Assembly: GCA_964444385.1 (NCBI GenBank)
Contig: CAYUHD010000002.1
Coordinates: forward strand, 1-59,608
Source of the DNA: an uncultured Gammaproteobacteria bacterium
GTDB lineage: Bacteria > Pseudomonadota > Gammaproteobacteria > Magnimaribacterales > D2472
Direction: 5' to 3'
Length of the DNA stretch: 59,608 nt
Below the pieces are notes generated by a model, which was not told where the DNA came from, ran no database searches, and saw only the letters and a list, made by a program, of their open reading frames with translations. The position numbers and the translations under genes were made by a program. Positions 8,970-24,730 of the stretch are shown here, piece by piece. How positions within the stretch are numbered: position 1 is the stretch's first letter; the number at the start of each line of letters is the position of its first letter.

Positions 8970-11258
8970 TTAAAAATTATAATCTAACTTAATAGTTATG
9001 TTTCTTGGTCGATCATAGATTGCATCATATGCAATTCCATCTAACGCACCACCAGAAGCAAGTCTCACAAATGTCCTTGCTAATGGAATTGTTCCGCCGA
9101 CAACCTTAATTCGTTCATCTGTTAAGTTATCACCAATAAGTGATACTCTCCATTTACCATCTGAACTTTCTAATCCAAGAACTAAACCAACTTTTGAGTA
9201 ACCACCTTCTTCGATATTTTTATCTAGGTTTGTGGTGATGTAATATTCAGAAGAATAATCAACATTCAAGTTAGCGTCAAAGACCCAGTTATTAGATAAA
9301 ACAGTCTCGTAATCAAAGCCGACATTTCCTGTGTTTTCAGGTGCAAAGATAACACTAGCACCAGATCTATCACAATAAATACCATTGGTAGGAGCTTCAC
9401 CATATGCACACTGACTATTTTTCCAATCTGTAAACTCATAATCAAGGCTTGCAAGAGAAGCATAGAACTCTAAGCCGTCTGAAAGCAGGTATCTACCTTG
9501 CATTTCAAAACCATTTAATTCTGCTGCTGATGCATTACCAACTTTAAAACCTAAGACCCCATCATAAACACTTGTTTGTAGGTCATCATATTCGGTAGTG
9601 AAATAGGTGAAATCAAACTGAGTTCTGTCTGATTTCATCTTATAGCCCCATTCAATATTAGTTGCTTCTTCTTCTTCAAACTCCCATCCACCAGCACTAG
9701 AAATAAGCGGTGTACCAGGTATTGAATTGCCTCGAATATCAAACCCTCCAGCTTTTGAGCCTTCTGTGTAGGAGACATACATTTTAGAGTTATCAGATAG
9801 GTCATAGCTTAATCTAACCATCGGATCAAAAGAGTTTTCGCTTCTGCTACTAGCAACGTTATGAGGCCCAACGTTTAAGACAGCTCCCCATAAAACATTC
9901 AGCAAGGGTGAGTTAGCAAGCACTGTGCCCGTTCCATCTAATGTCAGTTTTCTGCTTCCATCTTTATCTTCACTAGAATATCTAGCTCCAACAGTTAAAT
10001 TCCAATTGCCTTCTAAATTGATATCAGCCTGCCCAAATACTGAGTACATATCAGATGATTGTGCATAAAGCCTGTCCCAATTTGTTCCAACAAGCATAGA
10101 AACTGGCGGCCCTGCAAGAGCTAAGAAGGAGCCCAATGGAACATAGTCTGTTACATCAACATCTGCAGTTTGAAAATAAGCACCAACAATATAATCTATA
10201 TCTTCACCACCGGGTGAGGTATAGCGAATTTCTTGAGACCATTGATCATATTTTTCTGATTGGTTTGTTCCGTCTAGAATATTTAGACCCACATAATCCA
10301 CATCAAGAACTTCATATGTGTCATATTCAACATGACCAGTAATTGAGGTAAGAGTACCCCCATTATCCATAGGATAATTAGCAGTTAAGACAAAGTTATC
10401 CATCGTATTTTGACTGAATGTTTCTCCACTTGATCTCACCCAATTTTCAGTTGTTTCAACAGCAATGGGGCCTGCAAAAACAAGACCATATCCATCTTGA
10501 GGAGCTATAGCCTCCATGGCATAACCTACAGAGTCAAAATCGGCTGATTCAACTTTTAGGTTGTAGTCAACGTCCCCAGATGTCCATGCAAGCTGACCTC
10601 TGATATATGTTTCATCTCTTTGAGGTTCAATTCTTTTCATATTTTCATTTATTATCCAACCATCCATTTCTCTTGTTGAAATGGTAAGTCTGCCAAGAAC
10701 ATTTTCTGAAAGTGGTCCAGAAAGAACTAAAAGAGATTGAGATTCATCATGTTCTGATTCATGTGAGGTAGAGAATTTACCTTCAAATTCTTCAGTTGGC
10801 TTTGCTGAAGTAACGCTTACAACACCACCAATGGCATTTTTACCAAAGAGAGTAGGTTGCGGTCCACGCAAAACCTCAACTCGCTCTAAATCAACCAATG
10901 GCGTTCTTGCTAACTGACTTCTAGGATAAGTAATTCCGTCAAAATTCAATGGGACAGATTGCTCAAACCCTTTATTGGCTCCAGATCTGACGCCTCGAAT
11001 AGAAATGGTTGTATCAATTTGAGTTTCAGCGACATAAAAGTTAGGCACAGAAGCTGAAAGTGAACTTAGATTATCAACGCTTCTGTCTTCAATAGCCTCT
11101 CCGTCAACAGCTGAGACAGAGATAGGAACATCCTGAAGACTTTGTTCTCTGAGTTGGGCCGTTACAACAACCTCTTCAAGAGTTTGAGTAAAGGCTGAAG
11201 TTGCTCCAAAAAATAAAATGACAGTAAAGACTACATTAAAAAAACGTTTAATTAACAT
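8970..11258 (-). CDS. TonB-dependent outer-membrane receptor
   Basis: 762 aa. Signal peptide (…GATSAFTQ), TonB-box-like LEEVVVTA, plug motifs (RVEVLRGPQPTLFGKNAIGGVV) and a C-terminal aromatic residue (…DYNF). AAGGAG SD. Confidence 0.9.
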   Translation of the reverse strand: MLIKRFFNVVFTVILFFGATSAFTQTLEEVVVTAQLREQSLQDVPISVSAVDGEAIEDRSVDNLSSLSASVPNFYVAETQIDTTISIRGVRSGANKGFEQSVPLNFDGITYPRSQLARTPLVDLERVEVLRGPQPTLFGKNAIGGVVSVTSAKPTEEFEGKFSTSHESEHDESQSLLVLSGPLSENVLGRLTISTREMDGWIINENMKRIEPQRDETYIRGQLAWTSGDVDYNLKVESADFDSVGYAMEAIAPQDGYGLVFAGPIAVETTENWVRSSGETFSQNTMDNFVLTANYPMDNGGTLTSITGHVEYDTYEVLDVDYVGLNILDGTNQSEKYDQWSQEIRYTSPGGEDIDYIVGAYFQTADVDVTDYVPLGSFLALAGPPVSMLVGTNWDRLYAQSSDMYSVFGQADINLEGNWNLTVGARYSSEDKDGSRKLTLDGTGTVLANSPLLNVLWGAVLNVGPHNVASSRSENSFDPMVRLSYDLSDNSKMYVSYTEGSKAGGFDIRGNSIPGTPLISSAGGWEFEEEEATNIEWGYKMKSDRTQFDFTYFTTEYDDLQTSVYDGVLGFKVGNASAAELNGFEMQGRYLLSDGLEFYASLASLDYEFTDWKNSQCAYGEAPTNGIYCDRSGASVIFAPENTGNVGFDYETVLSNNWVFDANLNVDYSSEYYITTNLDKNIEEGGYSKVGLVLGLESSDGKWRVSLIGDNLTDERIKVVGGTIPLARTFVRLASGGALDGIAYDAIYDRPRNITIKLDYNF

Positions 11259-11369
11259 ATTTCTCCTTAAATTATAAAAAATTATTATTTATGATAACCA
11301 ATAAGCTTCGATATGACTATTTTTTTACACTAAAGTAAAATTTCCTTAATTATTTTCTAATTTTGGTAA

Positions 11370-12401
11370 CTATTGCCTTATAGCATCAATCATAACTTTA
11401 ATTTTTTCAGGTTTAATATCTGGAGTAATGCCATGACCAAGATTAAAAATAAATCCTGGAAACCCTTTCATGATCGTGCAGATTTTTTCAGTTTCATCCC
11501 AAATTAATTCATCAGACTCAAGCAAGATCTTAGGATCAAGGTTTCCTTGAATTGCAAATTTATTTTTGAAATCTTTTGAGACGGCCTCTATATCTTCTTG
11601 CCAATGTAGGCTTACGCAAGCTAGGTCTTTAAATACTAAATCAATAATTTTCTTATTAGGAGATTTTTCAAACAAGATGATTGGAATATTTGCAGTAACA
11701 GGATCAGCTTTTAAGAGTTGAGTGAGCGTTCGAGTATGTTGTAAGGAGAACCTCTCTAAATCATCTTCTGATAATAGGTCTGCCCATGAATCAAATATCT
11801 GTAGAGCGTTAACACCACTCAAAACTTGTTGTCTTAAATATTCATAACAAGCATTGCTAAGAATTTCTAAAAATTCTTGAAGTTCTGCAGGATGAGTCAT
11901 CATAAAATTTTTTGTCTTATTGAAATCTTTTGAACCTCCGCCTTCAATTGAATAAGCGGCCAATGTCCAAGGACTGCCACAAAATCCAATGAGAGGTATG
12001 TCTTGAGGTAGCTTATTTTTAGTTTCTTCAACAGCTTTAAATACATAACTAAGAGCATTAACATCAAATGAGATTAAATTATTAATATCTTGAGGAGATG
12101 AAATGGGGTTGCTAAATTTAGGACCCTCGCCTTCATGGAAAGCAAGACCAAGATTGAAGGCATCAGGTATGGTAAGAATATCTGAGAAGAGAATTGAAGC
12201 ATCTAAACCAAAACGATCAATTGGCTGTAACGCTAGTTCTGCACAAGTTTCTGGCTTTTTACACATATCAAGAAAGTTGCTGTAATTTTTTCTAATTTCT
12301 TGATATTCAGGTAGATACCTGCCTGCCTGACGCATGAACCATACTGGTGGAATTGAGTTTGGTTGAAGGTTAAGTGCTCTTAAAAAATTTGAATTTTTCA
12401 T
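11370..12401 (-). CDS. hemE: Uroporphyrinogen decarboxylase
   Basis: 343 aa. Has the PPVWFMRQAGRYLPEY signature. The start directly abuts the gltD stop. Confidence 0.95.
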   Translation of the reverse strand: MKNSNFLRALNLQPNSIPPVWFMRQAGRYLPEYQEIRKNYSNFLDMCKKPETCAELALQPIDRFGLDASILFSDILTIPDAFNLGLAFHEGEGPKFSNPISSPQDINNLISFDVNALSYVFKAVEETKNKLPQDIPLIGFCGSPWTLAAYSIEGGGSKDFNKTKNFMMTHPAELQEFLEILSNACYEYLRQQVLSGVNALQIFDSWADLLSEDDLERFSLQHTRTLTQLLKADPVTANIPIILFEKSPNKKIIDLVFKDLACVSLHWQEDIEAVSKDFKNKFAIQGNLDPKILLESDELIWDETEKICTIMKGFPGFIFNLGHGITPDIKPEKIKVMIDAIRQ

Positions 12402-18587
<6,186 letters not shown>

Positions 18588-18588
18588 T

Positions 18589-19662
18589 TTAATCTTTTAG
18601 TACTCTTTGAAGATTACTAAGATTAAATGAGTCTGTAACTATTGCATTTGATAATCGATTAAGTAGAATCAAATTTAATTTTCCAGCCTTAATTTTTTTG
18701 TCTCTAAATATAAAAGGTTTTAGATCCCCGTATTTATATTGATGAAGCGAAAGATCAAATTCATACATTTTTAATAAAGATTTAGCATCAATAAAATCCT
18801 TTTCGGAGATAAGGTTTTCCAAGTAAGAAATTTTACAAGCAATCATCATCCCTTTAGCAACTGCTTCCCCGTGAAGAATTTTTTTATATTTACCATGAGC
18901 CTCAATGGCATGTCCAAAGGTATGCCCAAAATTTAAGATTGCACGAATGCCATTTTCTTTTTCATCCTTGGTCACAATTTTAGCTTTGGTTTGGATTGAT
19001 TGAAAAATCATTTCTTCAATGATTTTATGATTTATTGATAGAATTTTTTGAGAATGCTCCTTGAGTAATGAATACAGAGACTTATTTTTAATTAAGGCAT
19101 ATTTAATAACTTCTGCCAACCCAGATTTAAATTCCCTTTTTGGAAGTGATTCCAATACCTCAGTGTCTATGATGACACCTTTTGGATTATAGAAGGCTCC
19201 AACAAGATTTTTGCCTGCTGAGATATTAATGGCAGTTTTCCCACCGACAGAAGAATCTACTTGTGCTAGAAGAGTTGTAGGGATTTGAATGAATTCAATA
19301 CCTCGTAAATATGAGCTTGCTACATAACCAGAAATATCCCCAACTACTCCACCACCAATAGCAATGATTACATCTGTCCTATCAAAATTATTTTTTGCTA
19401 AAAAATTTAAAACTCTTTGAAAGTTTTGAAAAGATTTGGCTTTTTCCCCATGCTTAATAATAAAACTGAAAACTTTAGTAGATGCTTTGCAAATGCCAAT
19501 AATTTTTTTTGTTATTTTTGGCGGGACTCCATCATCCGTAATGACAAGGGTTTTATTGTGTTGTTTAAGCAGAGGAGAAAGGTTTTTCTTTGAGATAGCT
19601 TCTTTACCAATTACTATCTTGTATTTACTTTTTTGCTGACCAGCAAATAGTTCTTTAGCCAT
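18589..19662 (-). CDS. aroB: 3-dehydroquinate synthase
   Basis: 357 aa. GGGVVGDISGYVASSYLRGIEFIQIPTTLLAQVDSSVGGKTAIN and HGEAVA motifs. The stop lies 1 nt from the gltB stop. Confidence 0.95.
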   Translation of the reverse strand: MAKELFAGQQKSKYKIVIGKEAISKKNLSPLLKQHNKTLVITDDGVPPKITKKIIGICKASTKVFSFIIKHGEKAKSFQNFQRVLNFLAKNNFDRTDVIIAIGGGVVGDISGYVASSYLRGIEFIQIPTTLLAQVDSSVGGKTAINISAGKNLVGAFYNPKGVIIDTEVLESLPKREFKSGLAEVIKYALIKNKSLYSLLKEHSQKILSINHKIIEEMIFQSIQTKAKIVTKDEKENGIRAILNFGHTFGHAIEAHGKYKKILHGEAVAKGMMIACKISYLENLISEKDFIDAKSLLKMYEFDLSLHQYKYGDLKPFIFRDKKIKAGKLNLILLNRLSNAIVTDSFNLSNLQRVLKD

Positions 19663-20164
19663 AATTTTTAACTAATTTAACTATTTCATTTGCAACCTCA
19701 GAGCCACTTTTATTTTCAGTATCAATTATATGATCAGCGACTTCTTCATATAGAGATTGCCTCAATTTTTGAAGGTCTGTTAGTACTTTTTTAGGATCTT
19801 TATCTTTTAATAAAGGACGATCTTTATCTCTAGCCGTTCTTTCAATTTGTGTATTAAGTGGGGTATGTAGATAGAAGACGGTTCCTCTTGATGCAAGCAA
19901 CTCTCTATTTTCTTCTTCAATCACTATGCCGCCACCTGTAGCAAGGACAATTGAATTCAATGCAACCATTTCTTTTAATGTAGAAGTTTCTCTTTTCCGA
20001 AAACCTTTTTCTCCCTCAATATCAAAAATCCAATCTATTGTTACCCCAGTACTATCTTCAATCTTTGCATCAGTATCATAAAAATCAAGAAATAGCTCGC
20101 CAGCCACAATTTTTCCAACGGTGGTTTTTCCAGACCCCATTGGGCCAACAATAAAAATATTCAT
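19655..20164 (-). CDS. aroK: Shikimate kinase
   Basis: P-loop MNIFIVGPMGSGKTTVGK at the ATG at 20164. The ORF-track start at 20224 adds 20 non-conserved residues. Overlaps the aroB start by 8 nt. Confidence 0.9.
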   Translation of the reverse strand: MNIFIVGPMGSGKTTVGKIVAGELFLDFYDTDAKIEDSTGVTIDWIFDIEGEKGFRKRETSTLKEMVALNSIVLATGGGIVIEEENRELLASRGTVFYLHTPLNTQIERTARDKDRPLLKDKDPKKVLTDLQKLRQSLYEEVADHIIDTENKSGSEVANEIVKLVKNYG

Positions 20165-20275
20165 ACTTAGCTTTTTTAGATTGCAGATTCTATCATTTAT
20201 AGGAGTAAAATAATTCTTATTCATGTATCAAAATATTTTAAAGCTAAAAATTAAGATCATAGGTATGTAATCTGT

Positions 20276-22717
20276 ATGTTTATTAGAGCAATAAATTGGG
20301 CATTAACCGTTGCATTAATTTCTACCTTGGCATCAATATTAACTATTGCAGGCGGCTATTTTCTTATTAAACCAAGTCTTCCAGAAATTAATCTAGTTGA
20401 TGAAGGTGTATTGCAAATTCCTTTAAAAGTCTTTACTGCAGATGGAGTTCTTATAGGAGAGTTTGGCGATCAAAAAAGAACGACAATTGAGTACAAAGAG
20501 ATTCCTCAAAATCTTAAAAATGCATTTTTGGCAGCTGAAGACGATCAATTTTTTGAGCATAATGGAATAAGAATTCCTTCGCTTATAAGAGCTTTATATC
20601 AAATTGTTAGGTCAGGCGAAATTGTTAGCGGTGGCGGAACGATAACAATGCAGGTTGTAAGAGGATATTTATTATCTCGTGAGCAGAAAATTATTAGAAA
20701 AATAAAGGAAATCTATTTAGCTTTTGAGCTTGAAAGTTCGGCAAGTAAAGAAGAAATTTTTTCTTTATATCTTAATACTATCTTTTTAGGTAATCGTTCA
20801 TACGGGGCGGAAGCAGCAGCTAATAAATATTTTTCTAAATCTATTAATGATTTAACTCTAGCTGAGTCTGCTTTAATAGCTTCTTCTGCGCAGCTCCCTT
20901 CTAGAATTAATCCAATTCGGTCTCCTGACAGATCTATTGTAAGGCGCAATTGGATTTTAGGTAGGATGTATAAGCTTGGGTATATTGGCAAAGCACAGTT
21001 TTTACTTGCTAAGTCTGAGCCAATAAACTTAACACAATTAGATTCAAGCTTCTTAATAGATGGGCGGTACATTGCTGAAATAGCAAGACAAGCAATGATT
21101 GATAGGTATGGTTTATCAGTCTATAAAGATGGCTTGTCAGTATTCACAACAATTGATTCCTCTCTTCAGAAGGCAGCTCTAGAGAGCGTAGCAAAAAATT
21201 TATATACATACGATAAACGCCATGGTTGGAGAGAGCCTATAAATCTTCAAGCAGAAATTCCAGAAGTGGTGTTTTCTGAATTGAAGAGCGGAAACAAAGA
21301 TATATTGTATCAAGAATCTGACACCCTAGATGATTTGGGCATGAACCAACTATATATTTCCATAATTAGAGATTACTTTGAAGATTTACTGAATTTAGAT
21401 AAACATTCAGGCGGAATAGTTATTGATGTGAAACCCGAAAGAATTATTTATTTAAATAATTCTTTTCAATTAGAGAGTTTATTTTGGAAAGATTCATATA
21501 AATGGGCAAGACGAAGAATCAATATTAATAAGCTTGGACCAACTCCTCAAAACTTTTATGACATACTTCGTTTAGGAGATTTAATATATTTATCTGAGAT
21601 TGATGGTGAAAATTATCTTGACCAAGTTCCAGAAGCTGAAGCAGCATTTATTTCAACCGACCCTTTAAGTGGCGCAATTAAAACTTACATTGGAGGACTA
21701 AATTTCTCAAAAAGTAATTTTGATAGGGTCAAACAATCATTTCCTCAAGCAGGATCAAGCTTCAAACCATTTATTTATACCTCTGCGTTTGCAAATGGTT
21801 ATAAGGCTTCAGATAAAATAAATGATGCTCCAATTATTTTTGAGGATTCCAACTTGGAAAGCAGTTGGCGGCCAGAAAATTACAATAGAAAATTTTATGG
21901 CCCAATTAGACTTAGAGAAGCATTGGTTCAATCAGTAAACCTAGTTTCTATTAAGTTATTAAGAGAAATGGGCATACCGCTTACCAAAGATTTTTTATCT
22001 AGGTTTGGTTTCCCTTCATCTAGGCTTGCACCAGATTTATCATTAGCGCTTGGCTCTTCAAGCTTTTCCCCAGCTGAGATGGTTAGGGCATATAGTATTT
22101 TAGTCAATTCTAAAGAACCAAAAGATTTATTTTTTATAGAAAAGATAGTTGACAGAAACGGAAAAACTATTTTTCAAACTATTCAATTAGAAACAAAGAA
22201 AGCTAATAGAAAAAATATTGATGCTTTCCCTTGGTTTGACACCCATCTTTCAGACAAAATAAAACCTTTCTATCTTTTACCACCTTTAAATAAAAGCTCA
22301 GAACCAATTGATCCAAGGATAACTTTTATTACAAAGGATATTCTTCGCGAAGCTCTTTCAAGAGGAACTAACGGAAAAAAAGTAAGAGTATTAAATCGTA
22401 ATGATATTGCTGGAAAAACTGGGACTACTAATGATGCAATTAGCACATGGTTTTCTGGCTTTCATAATAATTTGGTTGCAACTGTCTGGATTGGAACAGA
22501 TGATTTTTCCTCTTTAGGAGATAATGAATTTGGCTCTAGTATCGCTTTGCCAACATGGGTTGATTTCATGAAAACAGCAATAGTTAATTTGCCTAAAGAG
22601 GATTGGAAAGCTCCAAAAGGCCTATCTTATGTTCGAGTTGATCGCAAAACAGGTAAGCCGGTTGATGAAAGCAGTACAAACTCTTATTTTGAACTTTTCT
22701 TAAATGAAGATGCTTAG
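20276..22717 (+). CDS. mrcA: Penicillin-binding protein 1A (bifunctional glycosyltransferase/transpeptidase)
   Basis: 813 aa. N-terminal TM segment, GT51 motif EDDQFFEHNGI, and transpeptidase SSFKPF (SxxK) and KTGTTN motifs. Confidence 0.9.
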   Translation: MFIRAINWALTVALISTLASILTIAGGYFLIKPSLPEINLVDEGVLQIPLKVFTADGVLIGEFGDQKRTTIEYKEIPQNLKNAFLAAEDDQFFEHNGIRIPSLIRALYQIVRSGEIVSGGGTITMQVVRGYLLSREQKIIRKIKEIYLAFELESSASKEEIFSLYLNTIFLGNRSYGAEAAANKYFSKSINDLTLAESALIASSAQLPSRINPIRSPDRSIVRRNWILGRMYKLGYIGKAQFLLAKSEPINLTQLDSSFLIDGRYIAEIARQAMIDRYGLSVYKDGLSVFTTIDSSLQKAALESVAKNLYTYDKRHGWREPINLQAEIPEVVFSELKSGNKDILYQESDTLDDLGMNQLYISIIRDYFEDLLNLDKHSGGIVIDVKPERIIYLNNSFQLESLFWKDSYKWARRRININKLGPTPQNFYDILRLGDLIYLSEIDGENYLDQVPEAEAAFISTDPLSGAIKTYIGGLNFSKSNFDRVKQSFPQAGSSFKPFIYTSAFANGYKASDKINDAPIIFEDSNLESSWRPENYNRKFYGPIRLREALVQSVNLVSIKLLREMGIPLTKDFLSRFGFPSSRLAPDLSLALGSSSFSPAEMVRAYSILVNSKEPKDLFFIEKIVDRNGKTIFQTIQLETKKANRKNIDAFPWFDTHLSDKIKPFYLLPPLNKSSEPIDPRITFITKDILREALSRGTNGKKVRVLNRNDIAGKTGTTNDAISTWFSGFHNNLVATVWIGTDDFSSLGDNEFGSSIALPTWVDFMKTAIVNLPKEDWKAPKGLSYVRVDRKTGKPVDESSTNSYFELFLNEDA

Positions 22718-23286
22718 TTCTTAAATATGATACTTGAAAGAAAAGCCCAATAATTTTCAATGTAACCACTTGGCATTTCCTTAAACTTATTTCTAATAAA
22801 CCTAGAAATAATCCCCTCCATTAACGATGTGATCAGATGAGCGCTTTGACCCGCTGTAAATTGTAGCAAATCTTTTTTTGAAGATAATAATTGTTTGATT
22901 GAAAGCTCCAACCTTTCATAGAATTGGTTTACTGCATCTATTACATTTTGCTCGTTTGGTCCTAGCGCCTCACGTGATAATATGCGGGCAAAACCTTTAT
23001 TTTTTTCTAAAAATATTGCAAAAAAGAAGAATATTAGCCGTACTTTTTCGTCAGGCTCAACGTTTGATTCTTTTTTTATTTCCCCAACTTTTTGAAAGAT
23101 TGTTTGATCGCAAAATGTAAATAATTCTAAAAAAATAGATCTCTTGCTTGGAAAATGCCTATATAAAGCTGCTTCTGTAATACCGCTCTCTGAAGCCAGA
23201 ACTGCTGTAGTTACTTTAGTTGCATCTCTTTCTTCTAAAAGTTTAGCTAAACTTTGAAGAATAATTTGTTTTCTATCTTTTGGCAT
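22714..23286 (-). CDS. slmA: TetR-family regulator, probable nucleoid occlusion factor SlmA
   Basis: 190 aa. Aligns by eye with E. coli SlmA (ILQSLAKLLE…VTTAVLASESGITEAALYRHFPSK…ISRFIRNKFK). Confidence 0.6.
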   Translation of the reverse strand: MPKDRKQIILQSLAKLLEERDATKVTTAVLASESGITEAALYRHFPSKRSIFLELFTFCDQTIFQKVGEIKKESNVEPDEKVRLIFFFFAIFLEKNKGFARILSREALGPNEQNVIDAVNQFYERLELSIKQLLSSKKDLLQFTAGQSAHLITSLMEGIISRFIRNKFKEMPSGYIENYWAFLSSIIFKN

Positions 23287-23290
23287 GACT

Positions 23291-24664
23291 TTAGCTTAGC
23301 TCAATGTTAATTGATTCATCAATTAATTTTAGTTGATTAAGGAAGATATCTTGAATTTCATTTAATCTTGAGGGCGAATTAGCTTCGAATCTTAAAACAA
23401 GCTTTGGCGTGGTATTTGATGCCCGGAGCAACCCCCAACCATCATCAAAATTGACTCTTAGGCCATCTATAACAATTTTTTTACCTCCATCAAACTCAGC
23501 TTTTCTGACAAATTCTTCAACTATTTTAAATTTCCTTTCTTCAGGAATATTTATGTTAATTTCTGGAGTTGAAAAGGCTTTTGGCAATTCATCAAAAATA
23601 GAAGAAAGTGACATATTCGAGTTGTTTATAATCTCTAGCAGTCTAAAAGCAGAGTAATGACCGTCATCAAATCCATACCATTGATCATTAAAGAAAATAT
23701 GACCGCTCATTTCTCCTGCAAGGGGGGCATTAGTTTTTTTTAGAGTATTTTTTATATGAAAATGACCTGTTGGAGACATGACAGGAGTCCCCCCGGCTTC
23801 AGAAATAATTTCAGCAAGTAAATTTGTACACTTAACATCAAATACTATTTCCTTACCTTTATGACTCTTTAAGACTTCTTTGCTTAAAATCATCATAAGT
23901 TGATCTGGATAAATGATATCTCCTAAGTCTGTAACTACTCCAAGCCTATCTCCATCTCCATCAAAAGCTATACCAATATCTGCTGATTCACTCTTGACAG
24001 CTTTCACCAAATCCTGAAGATTTTCTAATTTACCAGGATCGGGGTGATGGTTAGGGAAATTTCCATCAATTTCACAAAATAGCTCAACTACATCATGCCC
24101 AAGCTTACGAATTAATGCAGGAGCAATTTCTCCAGCTGAGCCATTTCCACAATCAATAACAACTTTCATTTTTTTTGAGTTCTTTGCTGCTTGCGATGTA
24201 ACTTCTGCTATATATTCCTTTATGAGATCTTTTTTAAGAATCTCTTTCCCGGGTTGCTCATTATTAATTTGTTCAGGCGTGATCAAGTTAAGGATTTCAA
24301 TACCTGAGATAGGCAAGTCATTAATAACAATTTTAAAACCATTATAGTCTTTTGGATTATGACTTCCTGTGATCATTACACCTGATTTTGAAGATAATTT
24401 TTTTGCAGCAAAATATAGAAGAGGGCTTGTTACCACTCCTACATTAACAATATTTATTCCATTAAGTTGCAATTCTTCAGAAAGACTCCTCAATAAATCT
24501 TCTCCAGAAAGGCGTCCGTCTCTACCCAGAGCTATTTCATCTATTTTTTCATGATGACATTTTTTTGCTATTGCACCTGCAATAGCTTTCAGAGAAGGTT
24601 CATTTATCTGATTAGGGACTATTCCACGAATATCATATTCCCTAAAAATGGATTCATCGATCAT
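23291..24664 (-). CDS. algC: Phosphomannomutase/phosphoglucomutase
   Basis: 457 aa. Active-site VMITGSHNPKDYNGFK, metal loop FDGDGDR and sugar-binding GEMSGH. Confidence 0.85.
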   Translation of the reverse strand: MIDESIFREYDIRGIVPNQINEPSLKAIAGAIAKKCHHEKIDEIALGRDGRLSGEDLLRSLSEELQLNGINIVNVGVVTSPLLYFAAKKLSSKSGVMITGSHNPKDYNGFKIVINDLPISGIEILNLITPEQINNEQPGKEILKKDLIKEYIAEVTSQAAKNSKKMKVVIDCGNGSAGEIAPALIRKLGHDVVELFCEIDGNFPNHHPDPGKLENLQDLVKAVKSESADIGIAFDGDGDRLGVVTDLGDIIYPDQLMMILSKEVLKSHKGKEIVFDVKCTNLLAEIISEAGGTPVMSPTGHFHIKNTLKKTNAPLAGEMSGHIFFNDQWYGFDDGHYSAFRLLEIINNSNMSLSSIFDELPKAFSTPEININIPEERKFKIVEEFVRKAEFDGGKKIVIDGLRVNFDDGWGLLRASNTTPKLVLRFEANSPSRLNEIQDIFLNQLKLIDESINIELS

Positions 24665-24730
24665 AACAATTTTAATTTCATTATTTGGCTTGTTTTGTCA
24701 TAATAACTGAGACTTAAAACCATACACAAC

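Noticed and set aside
20713-21072. A 119-aa minus-strand ORF inside mrcA.
   Set aside because: It is antisense to the conserved GT51 domain coding region and has no motif support.
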